Shown: positions 1-12,416 of the stretch, one piece after another
Layout of the letters: each line of letters begins with the position of its first letter
Numbering within the stretch: position 1 is the stretch's first letter
Notes under the pieces: model-generated
Told to the model about the DNA's origin: nothing
Database searches by the model: none
The model's input: only the letters and a program-made list of their open reading frames with translations
Translations under genes and position numbers: made by a program
Assembly: GCA_963789305.1 (NCBI GenBank)
Contig: CAWBKC010000005.1
Coordinates: forward strand, 284,910-348,909
Reading direction: 5' to 3'
Source: an uncultured Alphaproteobacteria bacterium
GTDB lineage: Bacteria > Pseudomonadota > Alphaproteobacteria > Sphingomonadales > Sphingomonadaceae
DNA: 64,000 bases

Positions 1-2
1 GG

Positions 3-173
3 GCAAGCTGGGGCCTTATGGAGCGGCTGGGTATGGAGCGGCGCGCCGACATGGATTTCGAAGACAGTGCCTCGTGGGCAAAGGGCGAAACGCTGATCGT
101 CTACCGTGTCGACCGCGACCAGTGGGAGGCGCAGCGCGCTTCACACGCCCGCGATGCCGGTACTCATGGCTGA
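3..173 (+). CDS. 3' end of GNAT (RimJ/RimL-type) N-acetyltransferase, truncated by window edge
   Basis: Manual translation ASWGLMERLGMERRADMDFED...QWEAQ...TGA resembles the C-terminus of the next gene (GSWKLMEKLGMVRRRDLDFED); not in the ORF track. Confidence 0.75.
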   Translation, partial: ASWGLMERLGMERRADMDFEDSASWAKGETLIVYRVDRDQWEAQRASHARDAGTHG

Positions 174-723
174 CATCGTTGCCGAAACCGACCGCCTGAT
201 TCTTCGGGCGATAGCGGAAGACGATGTGGACGATCACGACCGGCTGCTCAACTCGGCCACGATCATGAAACATATCGGCGGCGTGATGGAGCGCCACGAT
301 ATCGAAGCGCGTCATGCAAAAGGCATGGCGATGTATGCGCGCGAGGGTTTCAGCTTCCTGTTCCTGATCGAGAAAACCACCGGAGAGATGGTCGGCTATT
401 GCGGCATCAAGCGGGTGGAAAATCCCCTAGCCGGCAATATTGGCGACCATGAAATCGGCTGGAAGGTCCGCGAGGACCGCTGGCGGCGAGGCTATGCCGA
501 AGAGGCCATGCGCGCGGTCCTGGAGTGGGCCTTCACCCGCGTCGGAGCACCCCATGTCGTGGCGCTGACCAGCCCGGCTAATACCGGAAGCTGGAAGCTG
601 ATGGAGAAACTGGGCATGGTCCGCCGGAGGGACCTCGATTTCGAGGATCCTGCGTATTCGCCGGAAGATAATCCGACGATCCAGTATTCGCTCACGAAAG
701 AGCAATGGGAGAATTCGCAATGA
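166..723 (+). CDS. GNAT (RimJ/RimL family) N-acetyltransferase
   Basis: ETDRLILR, EIGW, WRRGYAEEA, NxxSWKLMEKLG motifs; ATG166 overlaps the end of the upstream gene. Confidence 0.9.
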   Translation: MADIVAETDRLILRAIAEDDVDDHDRLLNSATIMKHIGGVMERHDIEARHAKGMAMYAREGFSFLFLIEKTTGEMVGYCGIKRVENPLAGNIGDHEIGWKVREDRWRRGYAEEAMRAVLEWAFTRVGAPHVVALTSPANTGSWKLMEKLGMVRRRDLDFEDPAYSPEDNPTIQYSLTKEQWENSQ

Positions 724-1286
724 ACCGCCCGGGCGTGAATATCATTCCGATCCACGGCAAGAGCCCCCGCATCCACGACAGCGCCTTCATCGCGCCCGGC
801 TGCACGATCATTGGCGATGTCGAAATCGGCGAGGACAGCTCTGTCTGGTATAATTGCGTGCTGCGGGCCGATGTCAGCCGCATCGTAATCGGCAAGCGGA
901 CCAATGTGCAGGACGGCAGCGTGCTGCACTGCGATCCCGAGCGACCGGGCGATCCCGATGGCTCGCCCTTGATCATCGGCGACGATGTCCTGATCGGTCA
1001 CATGGTCATGGCCCATGGCTGCACTGTGCAGGATCGCGGCTTCATGGGGCTGGGCTCGATCGCAATGAACAAGGCGGTGATCGCCAGCGATTCCATGCTG
1101 GCAGCCGGCGCCATGCTTACCGAAGGCAAGGTGATGGAGCCGCGCTCGCTGTGGGCGGGGCGTCCGGCAAAACCGATGAAAGAACTGTCGGACGCCGCGA
1201 TTGCCGGAATGAAAATGGGTACGGCGCACTACGCCCATAACGCGAAGGATCATGCCAAGGCGGTCGAAGAGGCGCTTGGAAACTGA
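720..1286 (+). CDS. Gamma carbonic anhydrase family protein (hexapeptide repeat)
   Basis: IIGDVEIG, NVQDGSVLH, IGHMVMAHG with His ligands; ATGA overlap with upstream gene. Confidence 0.92.
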   Translation: MNRPGVNIIPIHGKSPRIHDSAFIAPGCTIIGDVEIGEDSSVWYNCVLRADVSRIVIGKRTNVQDGSVLHCDPERPGDPDGSPLIIGDDVLIGHMVMAHGCTVQDRGFMGLGSIAMNKAVIASDSMLAAGAMLTEGKVMEPRSLWAGRPAKPMKELSDAAIAGMKMGTAHYAHNAKDHAKAVEEALGN

Positions 1287-1339
1287 CGTCGCGGCGGCGC
1301 AACTTGCGCAGCGCAACTTCTTCGTTTTTCGTCTCCGGA

Positions 1340-2949
1340 TCAGTCCCGAACCAAGGCCCTTAGCGCCTCGATCCGGTCGGCTTCGTGCACCGGCTTGTCC
1401 CAGCGGATGCGGTGGATACGCGGGAAGCGCATGGCGAGACCGGATTTGTGCCGTTTGCTTTCGTGCACGCTGTCGAAGGCCACTTCGAACACCAGGCTCT
1501 TGTCGGTTTCGCGCACCGGGCCGAAGCGATTGACCGTCTTGCTGCGGACATGCTTGTCGAGTTTCTTCAATTCCTCATCGGTGAAGCCGGAATACGCTTT
1601 GCCGACCGGCAGCAGCTCGGCACCGGCATCGGGATCGCCATCCCAGCAGCCGAAGGTATAGTCGGAGAAGAAGCTGGAGCGCTTTCCGCTGCCGCGCTGG
1701 GCGTACATCAGCACGCAATCGATCAGCAGCGGGTCACGCTTCCACTTGTACCACAGTCCGGTCTTGCGGCCCGGCGATGTACGGGCTGTCGCGCCGCTTC
1801 AGCATCAAGCCCTCGATCGCATCGTCGCGCGTGCCCTCGCGAATTTCGGCCAGCGTTTCGAAATTGTCCGCCTCGACGATCTTGCTGATATCGAAATGGC
1901 TGTCTGGCAGGCGAGGCATGAACTGCTTCCAGCCGCACGCGCCGGTCCTGCCATTCCAATGCGCGCACATCTTCGCCGTCGATCGACATCGCATCGTAGA
2001 GGCGCACGAAGGCCGGGCTTTCGGTCAGCATCTTCTTGCTGACGGTTTTGCGCCCCAGCCGCTGTTGCAGTGCATTGAAACTGGCAGCGCCTCCCGCCTC
2101 GCCGCCTTGCACATTGCCGCGCACCAGCAACTCGCCGTCGAGCACGGCGGGAATGGTCAGCGCATCCAGCATTTCCGGGAAGGTTGCGGAGATATCGTCA
2201 CCGCTGCGCGAATAGACGCGCGTCTCGCCGCCGGCATGGACCAGCTGCACGCGAATTCCATCCCATTTCCACTCGGCCGCATAGTCGGCCATGTCGACGA
2301 CCGTTTCCTCCAGCGGGTGGGCCAGCATGAAGGGGCGGAACGTCGGCATATTGGCGACGTCCGGCGCAGCTTTACCGTCCGCAGCCCATGCAAACAGCTC
2401 CGCATAGGGCGGGGCGAGCGCGTGCCAGTATTCCTCCACTTCATCGACCGAGACATCGAAGCCTTGCGCAAAGGCGACCTTGCCGAGCCTGCTGGAAACA
2501 CCGATCCGCATCGCGCCTGTCGCCAGCTTTAGCAGAGCGTATCGCCCGGATGCATCCAGCCGGTCGAGGAGCGCGGGAAGCTCGGTCACCACGCTCTTGC
2601 GGGTCATTGCTTCGAGTGCCGCGACCGTTTCGCTGACCGTTGGCGGAGGCGCGCTCGCATTGTCGCCGCCCATTTGCGCGGTTTCCCAGAGCAGGCTCGC
2701 TGTCTCCGCCGTATCGCCGACGAAATCGCGGCTGAGCGACCAAAGGACGGGGTCGATCCGCTCTTTCATGATGTTGCGGATGGTGCTGGATTTCACTGCC
2801 GGGAAGTCGAGCCCGTCGGTCAGCGCAGCCAGCGCCCAGCCGCGGTCGGGATCGGGTGTCCGGCGCAGATAGTCAGCGATAAGCCGCAGCTTCTCGTTGC
2901 GGGAGCGGGTGTATACCAGCGCGTCGATCAGGGCGGCAAATTCCTCCAC
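1340..2949 (-). CDS. ATP-dependent DNA ligase (cisplatin/DNA-damage-response type), split by apparent indels near 1720-1930
   Basis: EWKWDGIR adenylation motif, EGLMLK, RFPRIHRIRWDK spread over three frames. Confidence 0.9.
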
Positions 2950-2951
2950 CG

Positions 2952-3983
2952 CTACTCGTCCTCATCCTCGCGTCCGACGAGCGCGAGCGCCCGCGCGCGG
3001 CGCTGGTGCAGCTGGTTCCAGCGCAGCAGGGCTTCTTCGCGGCCATGGGTGATCCATGTTTCCTGCGGATTCACTTCTTCGATCGTTCGTGTCAGCTCGG
3101 TCCAGTCGGCATGGTCGGAGATGACCAGCGGCAATTCGACATTCTTCTGCCGCGCGCGTTGGCGCACATGCATCCAGCCGCTCGCAAAAGCGGTAATCGG
3201 CTCGGGCAGGCGGCGGCTCCACCTGTCATTGAGCGCAGAGGGCGGACAGATCACCACATGCCCCCGCATGTCATCTTTCGGCGTGTCGGCCACCAGCCTG
3301 AGTTCCCCCAATTCGATGCCGTGCTCCTCGTACAGGCGGCACATTTTCTCCATCGCGCCATGGAGATAGATCGGCTGCATATGCCCTGCGCGCCGCAGCT
3401 CGGCGATGACGCGCTGCGCCTTGCCCAGCGCATAAGCGCCGACGAGGACGCAGCGGTCGGGATAGGCCTCCAGCCTGTCCAGCAGCTTGGCGATTTCGCC
3501 TTCGATGGGCGGGTGAGTAAACAGCGGAAGGCCGAACGTCGCTTCGGTAATCAGGATGTCGCAAGGGGTCACTTCGAAGGGCGGGCACGTCGGGTCGGCA
3601 CGACGTTTGTAATCGCCCGTGCAGATGATCCTCTCGCCTGCGTGCTCCAGCAAGATCTGTGCACTGCCAAGGACATGGCCCGCCGGAATATAGGTCGCAT
3701 CGACCCCGCCGGGCAGCCTGATTGTCTCGCCATAGGCAACCGGCGTCGCACGGTGCGGAATTTCCCCGGCATCGTCCTCTGTACCCGTGCGATAACGCAA
3801 GGCCATGATGTCGAGTGTTTCGGGCGTGGCTATCGTCTCGCCATGACCGCCGCGCGCATGGTCGGCATGGCCGTGCGTCACCAGCGCGCGCTCGACAGCC
3901 TTGCCGGGATCGACCCATGCGTTCGCCGGGACGACATGGATGCCCCATGGTTCGGGCCGGATCCAGGAAAAGGGAGCGCTCAT
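2952..3983 (-). CDS. Ligase-associated DNA damage response exonuclease (MBL/beta-CASP)
   Basis: THGHADH, AGHVLGSAQ, TEATFG, SDHADW motifs; adjacent to the ligase. Confidence 0.92.
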   Translation of the reverse strand: MSAPFSWIRPEPWGIHVVPANAWVDPGKAVERALVTHGHADHARGGHGETIATPETLDIMALRYRTGTEDDAGEIPHRATPVAYGETIRLPGGVDATYIPAGHVLGSAQILLEHAGERIICTGDYKRRADPTCPPFEVTPCDILITEATFGLPLFTHPPIEGEIAKLLDRLEAYPDRCVLVGAYALGKAQRVIAELRRAGHMQPIYLHGAMEKMCRLYEEHGIELGELRLVADTPKDDMRGHVVICPPSALNDRWSRRLPEPITAFASGWMHVRQRARQKNVELPLVISDHADWTELTRTIEEVNPQETWITHGREEALLRWNQLHQRRARALALVGREDEDE

Positions 3984-3992
3984 GCGTGACTC

Positions 3993-4017
3993 AAGCAAAG
4001 GGGACGCGAACCGTTCC
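3993..4017 (-). promoter_or_regulatory. Possible EcfG-type (general stress sigma) promoter
   Basis: Minus strand GGAAC-N16-GCTT about 9 nt before ATG; imperfect match to GGAAC-N16/17-CGTT. Confidence 0.3.
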
Positions 4018-4054
4018 CGAATTCGCGCCCCCTGATGCCTGTCCGGAAACCGGT

Positions 4055-6445
<2,391 letters not shown>

Positions 6446-6468
6446 GAAAGGAAATTGAACCTTCGTGG

Positions 6469-6483
6469 TTAACAGGGCGTTAC
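6469..6483 (-). promoter_or_regulatory. CtrA-like box upstream of clpA
   Basis: TTAA-CAGGGCG-TTAC, one mismatch to TTAA-N7-TTAA. Confidence 0.45.
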
Positions 6484-6605
6484 TTGCGCGCCGTGCAGCG
6501 GCGGCTGTCGCCCTGAGGGGGGTATGGTCAGAATATGGGGGCTAAGCTGCGAGAGTCCAGTTGGACCCAAGGCGGTGGTTGCACGCGGGAGTGTCGACCC
6601 GCTGT

Positions 6606-6812
6606 TCACGTGCCGGATTTCGAACTGAAGAGCGCATCGGCGGCGGCGCGGTGCTTGTCTGCGCGGCTCCTGTGCTGTTCGACGCGGGCGATTTCGAGTT
6701 GCAGGTGGCGGATCCGCTGCGACAGCTCGTCTTGCGAATAAGGCCCGAGGTCCTCGGTTGCCAGCCTGCTGGCAGCGTCGCCCCGCGGGCGTGGCAGGTC
6801 ATCCTCTTCCAT
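6606..6812 (-). CDS. DUF1192 family small protein
   Basis: EDLGPYSQDELSQRIRHLQLEIARVE...AAADALF pattern. Confidence 0.85.
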   Translation of the reverse strand: MEEDDLPRPRGDAASRLATEDLGPYSQDELSQRIRHLQLEIARVEQHRSRADKHRAAADALFSSKSGT

Positions 6813-6933
6813 CAGCGCCTCCACATCGATGCAAACAGGTGTCGCCCGCAGGATAGCTTGCTGTCAATGGGCTTCGTCCCTAGAGCTTGCGGGAAGGTTG
6901 CACATCGACACCTAGGGGCAGGGGGCATCCGTA

Positions 6934-7934
6934 ATGCAAATTCCAGAATCCATGCGAGCCATCCTTTTCGCAGAAGCCGGGCGGACCAGATGTTCTGGAG
7001 CTCGAGACTGCCGAGGTCCCGTCGTGCGGCCCGGCTGATCTTCTCATCCGCGTGGCCCATGCCGGGGTGAACCGACCCGACTGCATCCAGCGCGCAGGCC
7101 ATTATCCCGCCCCACCGGGCGCTTCACCGATCCTCGGACTGGAAGTGGCGGGCGACGTCGTGGCGGTAGGCGATGACGTCGAGGGTTGGTCGGTAGGCGA
7201 CCGTGTTGCCGCGCTGACGCCAGGCGGCGGCTACGCCGAATATTGCACCGCGCCAGCCGGCCATTGCCTGCCTGTCCCGGACGAGCATGCCGCTGAAGGA
7301 CGCCGCGGCGCTGCCCGAAACGCTGTTCACCGTCTGGCACAACGTGTTCCAGCGCGGCTGCGCAAAGCCGGGCGAAACACTGCTGGTGCATGGCGGAACG
7401 AGCGGCATCGGAACCATGGCCATCATGCTCGCCAAGGCGTTCGGCATGACGCCAATCGTCACGTGCGGAAGCGACGCCAAATGTGACGCCGCGCTGGAAA
7501 TCGGTGCGGACCATGCGATCAACTACAAGACTGCCGATTTTGTCGAGGAAGTGAAGACGATCACGCAAGGCAGGGGCGTCGAAATCGTGCTGGACATGGT
7601 CTCCGGCGATTATGTGCCGCGTAACCTCAAATGCCTCGGCGAGAGCGGGCGTCACGTCACCATCGCCGTGCTGGGCGGCGCTACGACGTCGCTCAACATG
7701 GCCTTCATCATGATGCGGCGGCTGGTGCTGACCGGTTCGACACTGCGTCCGCGCTCGGACAGGTTCAAGACAGCCCTCAGAGCCGAAATCGCCGAACATG
7801 CGTGGCCGCTCTTCGTGAATGGCACGATCCGCCCGGTTATGGATCGCAGCTTTGCTCTGGAGGATGCTGCCGCCGCCCATGCACGGATGGAGGCAGGCGA
7901 TCACATCGGCAAGATCGTGCTGGATGTCGGGTAG
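6934..7934 (+). CDS. NAD(P)H-quinone oxidoreductase (PIG3/zeta-crystallin family), apparent indels
   Basis: AGVNRPD, GLEVAG, GGGYAEY, LVHGGTSGIG, HIGKIVL across frames. Confidence 0.9.
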
Positions 7935-7985
7935 GGCGGGAATCCTTGCGCGCGCGAACTTAAAGGCGTAGATGATAAGGCAAGC

Positions 7986-8016
7986 GGCCGCTCCGAAAGG
8001 GGCGGCCCTTCTATTT
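7986..8016 (+). terminator. Stem-loop (GAAA tetraloop), probable terminator after the quinone oxidoreductase, or trcR leader hairpin
   Basis: GGCCGCTCC-GAAA-GGGGCGGCC followed by CTTCTATTT. Confidence 0.5.
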
Positions 8017-8045
8017 ACACCCTCATCTTTTTCGGGATTTTTTCG

Positions 8046-8753
8046 ATGGCCGACCAACCCAAACCGCTGATGCCCCATGCGACCGCCACCTGGCTGATCG
8101 ACAATACGGGCCTGGGCTTCGAACAGATTGCCGAATTCTGCGGGCTGCACATCCTCGAAGTGCAGGCGATGGCCGACGATCTGGCGGGCAGCAAGTATAC
8201 CGGCCGCGATCCCGTCCATTCGGGCGAGCTGAACCACGAGGAAATCGAAAAGGGCGAGAAGGACAGCACCTACTCGCTGGTGATGCAGAAGGCGCCCGTC
8301 GAGGTGACCCGCACCAAGGGTCCGCGCTACACGCCGGTGTCGAAGCGTCAGGACAAGCCGGACGGCATCGCATGGATCCTGCGCAGTCACCCGGAAATCT
8401 CCGACGCGCAGATTTCGAAGCTGATCGGCACCACGCGCAATACGATCGGCGCGATCCGCGACCGTACGCACTGGAACATCCAGAACATTCAGGCGAAGGA
8501 TCCTGTGACGCTTGGCCTGTGCTCGCAGCGTGAACTGGATGCCGTGGTCGCCAAGGCTGCCAAGAAGGCCGGTCTGGAAGAAGATGCCGAGGCGGTTGCA
8601 GCAGGCAACACCAACGACCGCGACAAGCTCATCGAAGAACTGCGCGCAGAGCGCACCGCCAACGAAAAAGCCGCTGCCGAAGCTGCTCAGGAAGCGGAAG
8701 CAGCCGAGTGGCTGGCCAACAAGCGCGCCGAAGAAGGCACGGAAGAGGCCTGA
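8046..8753 (+). CDS. trcR: DUF1013 cell-cycle transcriptional regulator TrcR
   Basis: PLMPHATATWLIDNT, GPRYTPVSKRQDKPDGIAW, DPVTLGLCSQ signatures. Confidence 0.9.
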   Translation: MADQPKPLMPHATATWLIDNTGLGFEQIAEFCGLHILEVQAMADDLAGSKYTGRDPVHSGELNHEEIEKGEKDSTYSLVMQKAPVEVTRTKGPRYTPVSKRQDKPDGIAWILRSHPEISDAQISKLIGTTRNTIGAIRDRTHWNIQNIQAKDPVTLGLCSQRELDAVVAKAAKKAGLEEDAEAVAAGNTNDRDKLIEELRAERTANEKAAAEAAQEAEAAEWLANKRAEEGTEEA

Positions 8754-8764
8754 TTTTTCAAGAA

Positions 8765-8803
8765 TGGCGGGTTTCGCCTTGCACCGCGAAGCCTGACCCG
8801 CCA
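8765..8803 (+). terminator. Inverted repeat after trcR
   Basis: TGGCGGGT...ACCCGCCA stem, no clear U-tract. Confidence 0.35.
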
Positions 8804-8814
8804 TTCCCGCTTAC

Positions 8815-10494
8815 ATGGATGTAAGTAAGCTGCCGACCAACCATCCCACCCCGTGGGATACCCAGTTTGAACCCGTTTCGCTGCCGGCGCTCTTTGCGCG
8901 CACGACGAAATGGCGCTCGGATGCGGCGCTGCTGCATTTCATGGGGCGCAGCTTCTCCTATGACGAGCTTTATTCCGATGCCCGCCGGTTTGCCGCAGGG
9001 CTGAAGGCACGCGGCGTCGAGCGCGGCGACCGTGTCGGCCTGTTCCTGCCCAATGTGCCGATTTATGTTGCTGCCTATTACGGTGCGATGATGGCCGGCG
9101 CCGTGGTGGTGAACTTCTCGCCGCTCTATTCCGTCGATGAGCTATCGCAGCAGGTTGCCGACAGCGGCACCCGCGTATTGGTGACGGTCGATGTGCCGGA
9201 ACTCTACGGCACGGCCGAGAAGGTACTGGCCGGCTCTGCGCTGGAAACGCTGGTGGTGGGCGAGCTTGCAGCAATGCTGCCCACGGCGAAGAAATTCGCG
9301 ATGAAACTGTTCGCGCGGAGCAAGATCGCCAAGGTTGCCTATGGCGAGACGGTCGTGCGCTGGGCCGATATTCTGGATGCCGGCGGCGCTGGCATTGCAG
9401 AGAGCGAATTTGCCTCCATCGAGCCGGCCGACCTTGCATTGCTGCAATATACAGGCGGCACGACCGGTACGCCGAAGGGGGCGATGCTCACCCATGCCAA
9501 TCTGTCGGTCAACGCGCAGCAGGTCGCCGCGATCAATCCGTTCGATAATCCGGAAAACGAAGTCTTCATGGGCGCGCTGCCCATGTTCCATGTCTTCGCC
9601 AATACCGCGCTTCTCAATCACGCAGTGGCAAGCGGCGGCGCGATTGCCATCGTGCCGCGGTTCGAGGCGAAGCAGGTTCTCGAAACGATCGAGACACATG
9701 GCTGCACCGGTTTCCCGGGCGTGCCAACGATGTTTCAGGCCCTGCTCGATCATCCCGATGTGGCGAAGACCGACCTCTCTTCGCTCAAAGTGTGCATTTC
9801 CGGCGGCGCTCCGTTACCGGCGCCTCTGCGCGAACAATGGGAGGAGCGCACCGGCGTCCGCATGGTCGAAGGTTACGGCCTGACCGAAAGCAGCGGGGTC
9901 GTCTCGGCCAATCCGTACGACGGCAAGCGTAAGCCGGGCACCATCGGACAGGTTGTCGCCGGAACCGAGATCCTGCTGCTCGACAAGGAAGACCCGGCGA
10001 TCATCGCGCCCGACGGGGAGCCGGGCGAACTGGCGATCCATGGTCCGCAGATCATGACAGGATACTGGAACCGCCCGGACGCGGCGAAGGATGTCTTCGT
10101 CCAGCACCACGGCAAGCAATGGCTGCGTACCGGCGATGTCGCGACCGTCGATGACGACGGGTTCCTGCAGATCGTCGACCGGATCAAGGACATGATCGCT
10201 GTCGGCGGCTTCAAGGTCTTCCCGAGCCAGGTCGAGGACGTCCTTGTCGAGAATGACGAGATCAAGGAGGCGCTCGTGATCGGAGTGCCCGACGACTACA
10301 AGGGCGAGGTTCCGCGGGCCTATGTGACCCTGCGCGACGGGTCACAGGCCGAGGGTGATGCCTTGGCAAAATGGCTCAATGCCCGCGTCGGCAAGCACGA
10401 GCGTGTCGATTCCATTGTCGTCCGGGAAGAATTGCCCAAGACGATGATCGGCAAGCTCGACCGCAAGGCTTTGCGAGCCGAAGTTCTCGATTAG
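8815..10494 (+). CDS. Long-chain fatty acid-CoA ligase (FadD-like)
   Basis: QYTGGTTGTPKG, EGYGLTE, LRTGD, PKTMIGK motifs. Confidence 0.92.
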   Translation: MDVSKLPTNHPTPWDTQFEPVSLPALFARTTKWRSDAALLHFMGRSFSYDELYSDARRFAAGLKARGVERGDRVGLFLPNVPIYVAAYYGAMMAGAVVVNFSPLYSVDELSQQVADSGTRVLVTVDVPELYGTAEKVLAGSALETLVVGELAAMLPTAKKFAMKLFARSKIAKVAYGETVVRWADILDAGGAGIAESEFASIEPADLALLQYTGGTTGTPKGAMLTHANLSVNAQQVAAINPFDNPENEVFMGALPMFHVFANTALLNHAVASGGAIAIVPRFEAKQVLETIETHGCTGFPGVPTMFQALLDHPDVAKTDLSSLKVCISGGAPLPAPLREQWEERTGVRMVEGYGLTESSGVVSANPYDGKRKPGTIGQVVAGTEILLLDKEDPAIIAPDGEPGELAIHGPQIMTGYWNRPDAAKDVFVQHHGKQWLRTGDVATVDDDGFLQIVDRIKDMIAVGGFKVFPSQVEDVLVENDEIKEALVIGVPDDYKGEVPRAYVTLRDGSQAEGDALAKWLNARVGKHERVDSIVVREELPKTMIGKLDRKALRAEVLD

Positions 10495-10501
10495 ACATTG
10501 C

Positions 10502-10528
10502 GCAGGCGGGGGGAGACCCTCCCGCCGC
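10502..10528. terminator. Hairpin between convergent genes
   Basis: GGCGGGGGG-AGAC-CCTCCCGCC stem-loop. Confidence 0.45.
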
Positions 10529-10533
10529 TACAA

Positions 10534-11011
10534 TCAGGTAGCGATGGAGAGCTGCGGGCTCGTCGCCCGGAAGCTTGCCGTCGGCCTTGGGTGCAAGCGG
10601 CGACTGTGCCTTCGCATTACCGCTCCCGCGCGGGGCGAAGCGGCCATCGACCTGTGCGCCCTGTTCGATCGTCAGCGCATCGTAATGGACATCGCCCTTG
10701 ATCGTTGCGGAGCGCAGGATCACCAGTTCGCGTGCGTCGATCGATCCGTCGACCGTACCGGCGAGACGCGCGGACTTTCCGCCTTGATCGCGCCGTTTGA
10801 CAGAACTTCCTTCGCCCTGCACCAGGCTGGCACAGGTCATGTCGCCATTGATCGTCCCGTCGACATGCAATTCGGTCGATGCGCTGATGTCGCCGGTGAT
10901 GACGATATCGGCGCCAATGACGGAAAAGCTGCCGGAGCTGTTCGATTTAGCCATTGGTGCGGGCCTCGGCGCTGCGGGAGACTGTGTCTCGTCGTGCTTC
11001 TTTGAGAACAT
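10534..11011 (-). CDS. Bactofilin (polymer-forming cytoskeletal protein), apparent small indels
   Basis: MFSKK N-terminus, SVIGADIVITGDI...LHVDG...GDVHYDALTIEQGAQVDG beta-helix; GGAGG RBS; stop placed assuming one indel. Confidence 0.88.
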
Positions 11012-12113
11012 CGGGGGCTGCCTCCAGGAAGGGGCGCGGATTGACCGCGCGGTCATTGATACGAACCTCGAAATGGAGGTGCGGGCCGGTGGATCGGCCA
11101 GTGCTGCCGATGGCACCGATGGTCTTGCCTGCTTCGACCTTCTGGCCGACCTTCGCGTTGAAGCGCGACATGTGGGCGTAGCGGGTCATCAGGCCGTTGC
11201 CGTGCTTGATCTCGACCGTCTTGCCGTATCCGCCCTTGTAACCGACGAAACTGACAGTCCCGTTCGCTGCGGCAAAGATCGGCGCGCCGGAGGGCCCGCG
11301 GAAATCGAGGCCAGAGTGCATTGCGCCGCCGCCGGTGAACGGATCGCGGCGATAGCCGTAGCTGGATGTAACCGCTGCGACGTCGGCCGGAGCAACTTGG
11401 GGAATACCCTCAAGGCCGCGCTCGAGCGCGCTCATACGGGCAAGCGAGAGACCGAGGCGTTCGAAGCGCGGATCGATTTCTCCATCCTTGCCAAACTTCT
11501 CCAGCGGACCACCCATGGCGGCGCGTTCTGCCCCGGCCAGCATGGCCGATGGATTGAGGCCAAGCTTGCGGATGGCATTCTCCGCCCGGCTTGCGCGGCG
11601 ATCGGCATATCGTGTCAGGCGTTCGACGAAGGCGAGCTGGCGCGCTTCCATTTCGGCCAGAGCCTTCGCCTCGGGCAAAGCGGCGCTGACCTTGTCGACG
11701 GTCTTCGCGGTCTCGCTCGACGAATCGGTGACCGTTTCGCCGGCTTTCGCGTCGCTGGGCAGAGCGGCGACCATGTCTTCGATAAAGCTCTGGCGGCGTT
11801 CGAGATCGGTCGCGACAGATCCCAGATCGTCGCGATAGGCGTCGACACGTTCCGCAGCGGTGGCGACCTGCGCCTCCCGCTCGAGCAGGGAAATGCGGTC
11901 GGCAGCGGCGCGGTATTGCAGCCAGCTCATCACGCCCATGCTGATCGCCCAGACGAGCAGCGCTGCAACGATCCCTCCGGCGACGAGCTTCTGCACGCGC
12001 GAAGTAACTTTTATGAAGCGCACATTGCCCTGCGAGCGCATGAAAAACTCACGCTCAGGGAACAAATTCGCCAATCGGCGGGCGATACCGCCGTCATCGG
12101 TTTCAGAAATCAA
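10947..12113 (-). CDS. M23 family endopeptidase with N-terminal TM and coiled coil (LmdC-like)
   Basis: FPEREFFMR N-motif, TM helix, HSGLDF, YAHMS, STGPHLHFEV. Confidence 0.93.
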   Translation of the reverse strand: MISETDDGGIARRLANLFPEREFFMRSQGNVRFIKVTSRVQKLVAGGIVAALLVWAISMGVMSWLQYRAAADRISLLEREAQVATAAERVDAYRDDLGSVATDLERRQSFIEDMVAALPSDAKAGETVTDSSSETAKTVDKVSAALPEAKALAEMEARQLAFVERLTRYADRRASRAENAIRKLGLNPSAMLAGAERAAMGGPLEKFGKDGEIDPRFERLGLSLARMSALERGLEGIPQVAPADVAAVTSSYGYRRDPFTGGGAMHSGLDFRGPSGAPIFAAANGTVSFVGYKGGYGKTVEIKHGNGLMTRYAHMSRFNAKVGQKVEAGKTIGAIGSTGRSTGPHLHFEVRINDRAVNPRPFLEAAPDVLKEARRDTVSRSAEARTNG

Positions 12114-12140
12114 AGCGACCCCGTAGATTTTTATCTTTTG

Positions 12141-12209
12141 GATTCGAGAGGGGGCCTAGGGCGCGAATCCGCTCAGGTCGAATCGAGGAGCCGATTCCAC
12201 CGCCGAGTC
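12141..12209. promoter_or_regulatory. Cluster of five GANTC (CcrM) sites
   Basis: GATTC 12141, GAATC 12165, GAATC 12180, GATTC 12193, GAGTC 12205. Confidence 0.6.
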
Positions 12210-12416
12210 GAGCGAGCCGAGCGGTGAAACGTTCATCTGGCCCAAAATTAACCGCAAAAAGCGGGAACGAAACGTAGGCCACGCGGTTTGGGCCTCTTAC
12301 CTTAAGCGCGGAAATCGCGGCATGACAGGCATGGTGGCCGTTGCTACCCAGCGATCGATGTACATTCCCATTTACAAAGCCGGATCGATGCAGGGTCGCA
12401 CCTTTGGCGGGGAATA

